DNA of 41,443 bases from Penicillus capitatus (Eukaryota; Plantae; Chlorophyta). The notes beneath the pieces were generated by a model. It was not told the DNA's origin. It saw only the letters and a list, made by a program, of their open reading frames with translations, and made no database searches. Positions within the stretch are counted from its first letter, which is position 1; every line of letters starts with the position of its first letter. Position numbers and translations under genes: made by a program. The DNA is taken from positions 2,006,181-2,047,623 of the forward strand of contig OZ287696.1 of the NCBI GenBank assembly GCA_965649825.1, in the 5' to 3' direction. Below are positions 11,818 through 23,463 of the stretch, piece after piece.

Positions 11818-12671
11818 CACGGACGCGACAGACGACGAGAATCGCGAATTCGCCAAGTGCTGCGAATGAAGTCCATTTCTGCGATGTATGCATCATATCA
11901 AACAAAAAGCGAGCTATGCCGATGGAAGCAGCTTCTGTTGCGAGATCCGCGATACATGCAGTTCGCATAGGCGACGAAGAAAACTTAGGCGACGAGACGA
12001 GAACAGTAGTATCACATGTTGCTCTGTGACATGTGCATGAGTCCGTGTATCAACGAGGCAGTCATCTCTCACGGTCTATACTCTCGGCTTAGTTCAATGT
12101 GGACAGTGGTTATCGAAGCCCCAAGGACTGAGCAAATACAGATCTGGACTCCTGAATCCGTCGACAGTCTCTACTCAGACTTATACCCATGATACAAAGA
12201 ACGTTAAGCAGTGCACCTAATGTATGTATGTCGCAACGGCACCAACACGTACCCTTTTTGGAGAGGCCGGGGATTCCGTGTGTCTTTCGACGATCCATCT
12301 ACTCAAACACGCTCGACAGTTCCACAGCCGCTCGCTTGTGCAAAGAAAGATCGAAGCGTTGTTTACGAGGATTCTCACGCACTGACCACGTCAGCGGATA
12401 TCAGTCCTCATGAAGCACACATATTGTGTCCATCATATCATCGGATTCGAATGCGGACTGCCGACACATTGCTGTCACTCTTACATGGCATGTTTTTGAA
12501 ACAACAGCTTAGACATACGTGTGGTATTGCATCATCCGAGGGAATGCCCTTACCAAATCCAATCGCAGCCTCTAAAGAATCAATCTATCCAAGCGGAAAT
12601 ACACAGAGGGTGAAACACAAAGACTCATCCGTTTTTATTCTCGTAATCAAACCTTATGAGACATGAGGTAA

Positions 12672-15600
12672 CTAGCTTGTAGGGTGCATTGCCAGTTCTT
12701 TCAACTTGTCGGAAAGAAACGTCACTTGGTACCACATTTCTCCAATGAAATCATTGATGTGTGACATCGACCAAACCGGCTGCAGGTCGACAATCCATCT
12801 CAAGTCCAAGACTCTCTCTTCCATCGCAAAGGTCTTGGATATGCTCCTCGGTCGGCTCTTGACTCTCATCTCTTTCAGAACGAGAGTGGCACATCGCCAG
12901 AAGACTGTCACGTCTGAGCTTCTGAATTTGAATTCCTTCTGGGAAACGAGCTTGAACGCTTCGACACATGGCATGACTTCTGAGTGGATGACAGGACTGC
13001 CATCACCATCCACATTGGATACCTTTGGATGCAGTATCCCCGACAGGAATGACAGCATTTCCGGTTCTTCGTATGGAGTGCGTGATGTCAGATCGTACCG
13101 AATGTCCATCTCCTTCCTCTCCTCAAAGAAGCGCTTCACATCGATTGTCATCCAGTGCAGTGGAGGATAGAAGGCGGATGTCAGACAGAGCTCTGCATCG
13201 TACATCGCCATAATACTGTGGAACTTGCTGCGGAGAAGCAGTTCATAGCCCTCTCTTCTGTCAATCTCATCTAGACCGTACTCTTCTTGAAGCAAACGTT
13301 CCAGAGCAACGAGGGAAATCCTTGGATGCATACGAGGATAGAAAGCGGAGTGTGCATAGTCCTTTGTGGGATCGTCTACTGTCCATCTGAAATTCTCCAT
13401 CTCCTTCTTCCATCGCTGTGGCTGCTGCACATGTTGCTTCGCATCTTTGTCAATAAAGTCCCGCAGTTCTGCCAATGAGATGCCGTCTGGATCTTCCATC
13501 ATCTCCTTCGGCGGACAGATGAGATAGAACTTACCATAAGAGATCTCAAGCTTCAGAGATCCATGCACGACAGGACTGTAGCTCTCTTTATCGGCCTGAC
13601 GAATTCTCTGCAATCTCTTTATGAAAAAATTCCCGAACTCCTGGAACTTTGCTGCACTCAGGTCGTACAGCGCATCGGGAATCTTCTCAGACGGATGAAG
13701 TACGCGCAGGACATAGATGCCTCTGTAGTCATCCATTGGGTATCGAATCCCGACATAGTCTTCAAATGTGACGCCCTTCTCTTTGAGACAGTGGATCCCT
13801 TCGATGATGCACTTGTGGCTGTCTGGCAGAAAGAGCTCCATGACACCAGGGTATTCCCTCAATGTGCTGTTCCGGGCATCGACATTAGACTTGAACTGCT
13901 CCAGGAGTCGTTCGACAGAAAAGATGCCTGTCTGTGTGCCTATAATCTTGATAAGGAGGCTGCCGTCTCTTCTTCCCTTCTGGTGGACTTCGATCAATGT
14001 GTCTGTCTGTTTTGCATAGAGACGGGCAAAGAATTCTTCGGATCCCTGCATTCTCTTGGCGGAAGAGGGTGACAGGGAGATCACTTTTTCGGTCTCCACT
14101 TGTTCGAAGAGCGGCGGGATGGAACCATGAAACGAGAGCTTGTGGAATGCACGTTGCATCTCCTCTTGCAGCAAGTGTGTTGCGTCCGTGGTGCTCGTCT
14201 GGTTGTAACTTGTGTGACCGAATATTTTGACGAGACTTTTGTGCACTGGAGTCAGCGCACTCCTCTCTTGTTCAGAGAAAAATCCGAGCAGCAGCTCCCC
14301 CATCGGCGCAGCTGAACTGCAGTCCTCCTTCAATCTGTTGAGGATGTCGTTCCAGACTTCCGTCTGAGCAAAGCGTCCGAAATCTTTGATATCAGCAAGA
14401 ACCTGGAAAAGACCAAGTCCTTCAGAGACGCAGCTGTTATGGGTCAGTAGATGAACCTTGTCGACATCTACAGGTTGATGAATCTGCCCACATCTGAGGC
14501 CGTAATCTATCACCATCATCGATATGGTGAGACTGTCCATGAAGGAGTTCTTCCCAGACACCAGGAACCCCGTCGCCTGAGCCCATTTGACGACCACTCT
14601 GAGAAGAGGAAGGAGCCACGGATAGTGGTAGATGTACTCCAGAATTAGCTCAGACTGCGCCCAGCAGAGGGGATCCATCGCAAAATGTCCACTCGCACGG
14701 CAATTGAGTGATGGGATGAATCCGTCAAAGTAGATGAGCTGCCTTCTCCCGGCTTGCACCGTGCGACACTTGATATTATGCTCACGTAGACATTGCCGGA
14801 TCGTCTGCATCTGTTCTTTCAAGGCTTGCTGATGGAAAGGGTCGCCTTGGAAGAGATGACGGTCCAGACCACTGAACCACAGGAGCATTTCAGTCTCGGG
14901 ATAATCCACATCGTGCAACAAGTTATATGTCAGTCCATAGAGAAATGGAAGAAAAACAGGGTCTTGTCCTCCCAAAACAACCTCCTCCATGTATTTCCTA
15001 GATACGACACGCTTCAGCATGAATGCATTCAGAGAAGGCACAACTTGACAGCAATCTGTGCTTCAAAGATATGAAGAAGGCTTTCGGAATCCCTGTCGAG
15101 GAAACGGTAGACGGATCGTCCGATGCATTCCTTCACGCCATCGATGGACACCGAACTGCGTCTCCTCTTATAGAGCTTCAAGAGATACTCAGAAGGAATC
15201 CACGCAAAGCTCAGGAATGGCGCTGCTGTTTTGCCAACACTGTATCTCTCTGCATTCTCTGATGGACTGTAGCAGACATAGTGCCAAGCGGCCGCCTTGC
15301 ACATGGCCTTCTCCTCGTCGATCCACTCATCTGTGTGAATCCTCTTGTCCTGCAGCACACAGCTCTTCTCCAAATGGAGTGCCAAAACTGTTGACGTACT
15401 TTGTTAAATAGATCCTTGTACTTTTCAATGAGTTGTGTCTTTAGTGTGGAAAGAAGACCGGTCACGTCGTATGCCTCCTTTCCGATTTTGTCATGGAGTT
15501 TCTCAACGAAACCCGACATCAGTTCGCCTTCCGTGCGGATGCCATACATCGACATCAGAGCACGTAGGGCGCCATTGTATTGCCGACGGAGCTTGCGGGC

Positions 15601-18516
15601 ATCCTCTAAGAATGGTTTCATCCCATCGATCACGAAAATGGATCTGTCGAGTGCAGCATCGACGCTTGTGAAATTGATTCTATGAATGCTGCAGATGTTG
15701 AGAAACTTGGTGCATTCTCTGTACATGCGCCCAAGCACTTTCTCTGAAGGATAAGATGGCTTGTCCTGTTTCATCATGAAATCAGGATACTTGTCCAACA
15801 GTTTGCGTATATTGTATGGAATCATCGCCCATTTCCCTGTTTTGGGCGCATCCACCGCCTACATCCAATCAACCTTGCCAGAAACTGCACCGGCAACATG
15901 TTGAGCGCACTTGGCTGTGAATTCTGGCCAGTTCGAGGCACGGCGTCGAATCGATGCCCAACTGATCTGCCAAGGCTTTGTGTGCATTGTCGATCTGTCC
16001 AATGCAATCGTGCATAATGGTCTACACATCCAAATCCACTAGAGTGTGCCCACGAGGCTCTCAGTTTTCTCACTTGTTTTAGAAAGCGTAACATGTCTTC
16101 TGATGTGATATCACGACTTGTCTGTTCGGCCTTCGTCGTAGCGTACTCCATAGGTGGTTTGTTGGGTGTCTTTGGAACCAGATCACTGCTCCAGATGGTG
16201 TGATACATATCGCCATCCAAATCAGATCCAGACAGTTCATTGGGATGGGGTCTGTCACCTTTGCTTGGGAAAACAATGCAGTCACACATGTGATGTAACG
16301 CCGGACAGTCGACGGCATCGAACACACGAACATCCCCTGCAGCAACACTCGACATCTCTCTTTCTATCCATCGCAACAGACCTGGATGGAGGCAGGGGCT
16401 CTTACCGACCACAATCTTTTGTTGGAGGACGATTTTTTCGATACCGGGGTTGTTGAGGTACTTAGAGATCTGCACAAACACCTGACCGTATTCCAACGTC
16501 TGGGTCTCGTCCACCGTTCCTAACAGCATTCTGCCATCGGAGCGGGGAATCGGAATTCTGGATTTCTCTCTCAATCTCTTCATCTGCTGCCTACGTTCAT
16601 GACACATAGCATTTGCAAACCGTCCGTGTATGTGTGATCGATGCCAAACCTGTACAACGCCATCAGCATCGATCTGAAGTACGGATCCATTGTCACGACA
16701 AAATTCGCTTCACTCAGCTGTTCCCAGTTGATCCCACAAGACACCGAAAGCAATTTGCTTCGTGCGATCTCTTCATTGACGAACATTGCCGATAGACTTT
16801 CGAGATTTGCTTTCAACAGCTCCAGAAATACGCCGTCTGAGATGCCCAAATGACTGAGTAACATGATCAGCTGCATAATCACCACATATCTTCAGAAAGC
16901 GATTTCTGAAAGAGCAATGACCTGTTGGTTGAGATGAAGCTCTTGCGGACGGGAACAGTTTGACAAGACTTCGATCGTCATATGTGGTGACCAGTACTTT
17001 AACATACTCGTGCGCAGACAGAGCTTCTTATTAGGATGCTTCCGTTGAAGGTCTGGATCGACGGCGACCACTCCTTTACATCCTCCAAATCGAATCTGAA
17101 AAGCACAAGGCACTGCACTCGGCAATCCCAGCTTTACAGCCACCTACACCAGTCACATCACGACATCCACTTCTCTACCTTGTCCAGCACACACACCTTC
17201 TCAGCCAAGTCCTGTGAGATCTTGCCGATGCCATCTGTAAAGCAGTAGTCCCTCACAGTGACGTCTTGGATACGGACACAGTCGCTTGGATTAATTGCGA
17301 CAGTGCTGGTGGATGTAGAGAAGATCTGTCCCAGGCGTGAGATGTACTTGGCCACGTTGTGAATGCTCTCCAGATTTCCAGCCCATGCTCGAATCTCCAT
17401 GGCAATCTCTTTCTCCTCCGTCGCGTCCACAAAGAAACAACCATGATCACGGACTTGGTTGTTGGAACATCCCAGAAACTCAAAACGTTTGCTGCCAATG
17501 ACCAGGCCCTCCTTCAGCTCATCATAGATACATTTCAAGACGTGTTCCTGATTGCCTTTGCTCGAACTGAGCTTCGAGAAGTTATCGTCTCGGATCGTCA
17601 CTCTCAGAAACTGCGCTTTCTTACCCCACTCTCTCAGCACTCTGTTGGATTGAATGATGTCTGCCTCGTAGAAAATCCTCCTTGTCGGGGTCAATACCAA
17701 TCTGGGCACTCTGCAATGCTTAGCAGGGTCCTGCACCTCTGTTCTGGGAAATCCGCGTTTCAAAGCGTCATCAAATGCCTGGACTGGATCCACGAAGAGA
17801 TCATCACTCATCTGTCTCGTCAGTGATTGCAGCACATCCACAGCTAGAGATTCGGTGCAATCATTTAACCGTTCAAAGAACGCATCCGTAAACCGTTCTC
17901 TTACGAAACCCGGCGACGAAACGAGGCAGAGCCAAGCCCATTGCACTATCCACGCCTCACAATGTCGAATCTGTTGCGGAATGTCGTAAATGTGTCCGAC
18001 TGTAGCGGCATCTTCCACTGTAATCTCTTTCGCCGTGATCTCCTTCCCGACCGCCAGCAGAAATCCGAGAAACGTGTCGAGCACGGATCTCTGGTCGCTC
18101 GTAAACCTCCAGCGAAGCGTACGACAAGTGGCGAACGTCCAACGCGATACCCTTCGTCCAGCAAGCTCGAGTTCCTGCTGTCTCATGGCGAACTCGAGGT
18201 CTTCTCGGTGGTCCTTGTGCTTGTAAATGCGAGGAGGATGCTTCAGGGTGATGAAAACTGACGCTGTGGGAGTTGTCTCGTCGAGGAAGACGGCGTCGTC
18301 GAGTTCTCGAGTCAAGAACTCGATGCAGATGTTGGCGGGGAGGAGAATGGCCACATCACGCACACAGAAGTTGAGGAAGGCCTCCGTACGTGATGTGGCC
18401 AGCCTCTCCACCGGTACAAAGCGCGTCCGGGTGACGAGGCGCCCGAACTCGATGTCGACAACCGGAAGACGGGCCGACCTAGCCCGAGGTTCGACGCGAC
18501 CCACACTGGAAGACAT
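12672..18516 (-). CDS. RDR: Eukaryotic RNA-dependent RNA polymerase (RDR1/2/6-like) with long C-terminal extension (degenerate nucleotidyltransferase, KH-like and unknown domains); about 1,800 aa if fused
   Basis: LVLTPTRR, SNRVLR, FLRVTIRDD, RFEFLGCSNNQVRDHGCFF, NVAKYISRLGQIFSTS, YCFTDGIGKIS, AFQIRFGGCKGVV, KSPCLHPG/DVR, DCIVFPSKGDRPHPNELSGSDLDGD (DLDGD at 16209-16223), KAAAWHYVCY..FLSFAW. RDR identity is firm; fusion to the 12672-14997 exon depends on a predicted 47-nt intron at 14998-15044. Confidence 0.9.
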
Positions 18517-19767
18517 GGAAACGTCTGAGAATGCTGATGCAGGAGATGGGGTGGAATGTTTTTTTTTCGCGTTAAAATGCGATAAAGCGTCGGTCGAGAC
18601 GTTTTGAAACGACGTATGTTGCGCTATGACAGACGATTGTGCGTGACGCGACTAGAAGCGACGAATCGCGACGTTGAAGGGTGTTCCGTCGTCTGCAGAG
18701 CTGTCAGCAAAACCAAACGAGCGAAACTGCGCGAATTCTAGCCGAAAAGACCTGCTGAAGGTGCGGTAGTCGAAACGTGTTGCGAAGGAACGGATACCGA
18801 CATCGTCCGTTGTGCTTTCTTTTGCGGACGGACTGCCTCAGGACTTCGACGATGACGACGGTCGGCAGACAATGGTGATAAGCAGCTGCATTGCAGTTGC
18901 TAGACTCTCGAAATCGAGAGACTCTATGGGAGAATGGATGTGTCTGGACAGGGGCAGTACTGTTATGGTTATGGCCAAATCGCAGTACTCATCCATAAGA
19001 GTGATTTTCAAAGACACAAAGATGCCAGCCGTGTCTTCACACTGTGCCAAAGCAGATTGGTACGAAGCTGCGAGGAAGCACATCGTCCTTCAGATGTCAC
19101 ACGAACTCCCGATGTGGTGGGTGATGGTCGGTGGATGTTACCTAGAAAGATAGGTGTGTTATCTGTGCCCCCTGCATGGAGCCGTGGCCCATGAAGAATC
19201 TTTAGCAGAACATCGAAAGCTGTCATGACTGTCACATCACCGACAGACCAACAATAGTCAGAGGAGTTTTTGACGCATTCGATTTTCAGAGGGCGAGAAA
19301 CTCTGGGCCAGAAAACCGAAATCGTAATGTTTAGGCACATCCTTCAGAAAAGCGCAAGATGCTGAACAAAGGGCAACGGATCTCTAAAGAAGGTCGATGC
19401 GTTAGATCAGTTTCCAGTGACACGAAGGCGATTCTCAATGACGTTCCCTGCTCTGCATCCGTCTGGAAGAAACGCCGCCCCTGAATGCAGTTCTAAACTA
19501 AACCCCCTCCATCTTCCTTTCGCACTTCTATTGTCACATCATTCGATCGAGTCTGACTAATATTTTATCATATCTCATAAATCTCATTCAACTCTATCAT
19601 CGGATAGAGTGAGAAAGACAGGTTTCACATGATTTAAAGGTACTCTATCGTGTGGCTGTTAAAGCAGCCTCTAGATTCTGCATGAATGTCTTCCTGTCGT
19701 CGATATGGACCGCCGACTCCATGAGCTAGCTTCTTTGTTTCTTTGCACTCTTCTCCCATTGCACACG

Positions 19768-20697
19768 TCACATCTTATGTCTCTTCGACGGCGACCAAGA
19801 CTTCAGAACGGTACCCCGATACGTGCCTAAGACCTCTACGAGATTCGGCCGTTGTTCGCGTGGACAGTCCTCTGACAAGAGACCTCTCGCTATGTCTTCA
19901 TTAAAGAGCTTGCCGTAGATTCGGTTCGATCGGGATAACCCGCCCACCCGTCTGTATATCTTTTCAATCTGTAAGGCGTCCTCATTCTTTCTAAAGATAA
20001 CGCCGCCGCCGCAAGATGTGTTCACTGTAGCTGTCACATCACATGTGTGACTTAAGACGGCGCATCGAGTCTGTGAAAAATGCAGAAAGATTACAAGTGT
20101 TGATGGTCTCCCGTTTGAGGAAGAACAACATTCATCTTTACCGACACCTTCGCATAACAACAGCCAGCTGACATACACATCCTGCATACGCGTTCTCGGA
20201 AGAAGAATCTTCACCCGAACCCTTGAACCCATCCCGTGTCTATACATGGATCCTTTATGAGAACACACGTTTGTTTCGGAAAGTTATCTTCATAGCTCTG
20301 TGTCTATTTCTCAGAACAGGCAACGAACATATGTCAATCCAGAACTTGTCCGTCACAGCTTTGCAAAACCACCAGATCAAATGATGAGATGCGTATGATA
20401 GGGAGGAGACACACAACACACAGTACAACTTCGCAATAGGATACCAAAGACAAAAGCATTGGGCAGCGAAGCCGTCGAAATACCTAGAAAACAGCTCCTT
20501 CTTTTCTCCCTGCCCCACACAAAACATAGAGAGATCGTGTCGTGTCCGACAGTAACAAACGAGTCGACTAGGAGAGAAATCCCCGAAACGTGACAAAATT
20601 CTGCCAAAAATGAATCAAGGAGGAGCAGGAAGTTACGAGGCTTGTCTGATCTACTTTCAGATAAAAAAGGACATCTGTCTCTCTGTTGTTGTACCAT
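19768..20697 (-). CDS. Possible hypothetical multi-exon protein, structure unresolved
   Basis: Three consecutive minus-strand ORFs (20377-20697, 20255-20596, 19768-20268) and a good acceptor (ttttcacag) before TRCAVL..YGKLFNEDIARGLLSED; no family recognised. Confidence 0.25.
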
Positions 20698-20800
20698 AGA
20701 AGCAGCAGTTTATCCTCTCACAAACCCACACGTGTCGATGTCCTTCGAAAGGACTTGATCAGTAAGAACGATAGAGGTCCAGCCGACGGAGGCTTCCTTA

Positions 20801-22128
20801 TTAAACTGGAACAGCAGCAGCAGCAACAGTGGCAGATGTGACAGTTGGTGCAGAATTGAGTGTTGATGCCAGTGTTGGAACGATGTTGTTATTGAGGTCA
20901 TCGTTCGATTTCGAAGGATCCTCTTCACCTACGTATCTCCGAATAAACGGATGCTCCAGTGCTGCGTTGGTGTCCATTCTGGTCTTGTAGTTCTTGTCCA
21001 GGAGTTTTTGGAGAAAATCCAAACATTCTGCGGAGATGCGATCGAACGGTTCGTTTGTGAAGTCGGGATCGTTGAGATGTACAGTTTCCATCACGTCTTG
21101 CACCGAAGACATCAAAGCCGTCTGTGTCGAGTCCCAAAAAGGAAACCGGCCAGAGATCAACTGGTACAGAACAATTCCCAGACTCCAAAGGTCGGATTCA
21201 AAAGAGTAATCGCGATCGAAAACCTCAGGAGCCATAAACACGGGTGTCCCCACACGAGACGACATACGTTTGCCATCTAACACGTCACATCATGGCTCAA
21301 ATTCAAGGATGGTCACACTTTTGTGATGGGACTTACTTAGAATGTACTGACTACAGCCAAAGTCGATGGCCTTGAGCCATCCCTTCGTCAAACCACTGGT
21401 ATCGTTCGTCGCAAAAGGGTTCTCCTTGGATGAACGCAGAATAAAATTGGCTGTTTTTACATCGCCATGCACGATACGATTGGCATGGCATTTCTTCAAG
21501 GTGAGCAAAATCTCGTAAGCCACATGAGCTGTCACTTCTTCCGACGCAGGTCCGTATCGCTAAACACCCATCACACATGTCCGTCACATCATCATGCTCA
21601 CAACAAGCAGCAAGTACGCACTCTTATTTGCTCTCTCAGGTCTAAGCCCGAGCAATACTCCATGACGATGCGGTAACTGTTGGGCAAGGCATGACATTCT
21701 TTGAACTGAACGGCAGCGGGACATGTTTTCACATCTTGCATGACGCAGATTTCGCGATCGACTTTGGCAAAGGTCCCTTCAGCTGTAAGTCGTCCCCTGC
21801 GTCGCGGCATCTCTTTTACGGCGACTCTTTGACGCGTCGCCTTTTCCGTGGCTAACCACACTTCCCCAAAACTGCCACGTCCTATGCTCTCTTCAAGGAT
21901 GAAACGCTCGTTGAAATCGTCCTTCCATGCAACCAAAGAGGCATACGATGCCGGACACGTCGCCATCGCTCGATTGAGTGTTGTCCGGCGTCGACTGTAT
22001 CGCAATGCAAAGGCGTCTTTCCGGTAGAGACGGGAGGACGGTGATGTAGAGAGTGATGATCTCAGTCCATTTCCACCTCGTGACCCGCCGGGCAGGGAGC
22101 CCGAACGAACATACACACGTTGCATCAT
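20801..22128 (-). CDS. CDPK-related Ser/Thr protein kinase without EF hands
   Basis: IGRGSFGEV, VAVKEM, HGDVKTAN, KAIDFG, GTPVFMAPE, SDLWSLGIVLYQLISGRFPF; two introns; stop follows soon after the kinase domain. Confidence 0.9.
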
Positions 22129-22254
22129 CGCCGAGGGTGGGTCAGCACTTCGCGCTTCACGGACTCTCGAATGCTGTCTGACAACGTGGACTCTGATAGA
22201 AGCTGAGATGTCTGGACTTGGAAAGAAAAAACCGAAAATGAAGAGAAAGCAACG

Positions 22255-22605
22255 ATGTTGAACACGCTCTCGCGGATGACGCGACGCCGAGCCGCGCTGA
22301 CGTCACCTTCGACGTGGTACCCAGAAGACATGCACGGTTCATGCGCGCGTGTGTTCGTTCGTTCCAGCTCGCACGAACGCACACACACACGAAGCGGAAT
22401 GAGTCCGATGAAGAAGCTGAGCAAAGGATTGGCGTTTGGGACGTACTGTGCGAAACGCCTGGCGTTGTCAACGGGCAAAGCTGCGTGGATACTGGGGACG
22501 TCCTTTCTCCTTGTGGTATTGCCAGTGATCATTGAACTCGACCGAGATCAACACGCCATGGAACTCGAAAATCAGCAAATCGGTGTTCTAACGGGGCCTT
22601 CTTAG
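22255..22605 (+). CDS. TOM9: Plant-type mitochondrial import receptor TOM9/TOM22
   Basis: STGKAAWILGTSFLLVVLPVIIELDRDQHAMELENQQ matches the plant TOM9 TM and C-terminal signature; start and a possible intron near 22314-22394 are uncertain. Confidence 0.85.
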   Translation: MLNTLSRMTRRRAALTSPSTWYPEDMHGSCARVFVRSSSHERTHTRSGMSPMKKLSKGLAFGTYCAKRLALSTGKAAWILGTSFLLVVLPVIIELDRDQHAMELENQQIGVLTGPS

Positions 22606-23463
22606 ACATCCCTTCCAGTCAACATGATAAAAGAGAGAGGCCTGAGTAGTAGTCCGTCGTCGTCAACGGGCGGACAGGATGAAACGTACGGCTTGTTGAT
22701 GTACGGATGTCGTTTTCGGTTGAACACGAGCGGCGCGATGCACGCGATTGACGTTGCGACGTACAAGAGAAGCGACACGAGAGGGGAGACGGACTACATG
22801 GACGGTTCTCTGACCACGTGCCGTCCGTTCGTCACCGGACAGTCGAAAGGAGCATTGTGTGTCGAACAGGAACCGCCGTAGAGACGCTGCGCCTTTGCTG
22901 CTGGACGCGAATGATGTCCTTCAAAGATAGAAAGCGTATGCGTTGCGATGCGATAACGCGAAGGATGTCTCAGAAATCGATGGAGTAAAGAGAAGAGCAT
23001 CGGGGAATCTGTCCCTCTGCGTCGTTGGGTGCGTGATGGCGCAAGATCAGAGGTCGGACAGGAACAGAGAAAGCGACAGTCTGATCGGTGTCATGGACGC
23101 GAGTCGTGCCGTCGCTGTTTTCGCTGGGATCGTTTGAGGAGTCCTCGATCAGCGTCCGCGTCTACGGCGCCGATGGTATGGGCAGAAATGGCATCACGGG
23201 CAAAAGCGACGGGCTTTCTGGAAGAGAGCATAGGGAAGGAGGAGAGGAGATGAAGGGATGTGTCGGAGTGGAAGTACATCGGAGTTGGTTACGTCTGTTT
23301 CGTCAGATCTGAGTTCTGCACGTCCTGTCTCACGTCACAACCATAATAGAGTCCCTAGAATTCGTGGCTCCTCGATTTTGACCGCCATTTGCGTTTTTCT
23401 GCGAATTGCATCTGAGACAAAACGCATCTCAGAAAGAACGTCGTTGTGAAGCTGCTTGTTTTC

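Noticed and set aside
12672-18516. RDR as an endogenous viral RdRP or mobile element
   Set aside because: The motifs are those of cellular double-psi-barrel RDRs (DLDGD), the gene has host-type short introns, and there are no flanking repeats or viral genes.
22378-22391. Short (CA)n run and other micro-repeats (GCG/CAG runs)
   Set aside because: Too short to be informative; no arrays, terminal inverted repeats, LTRs or CRISPR-like spacing were seen.
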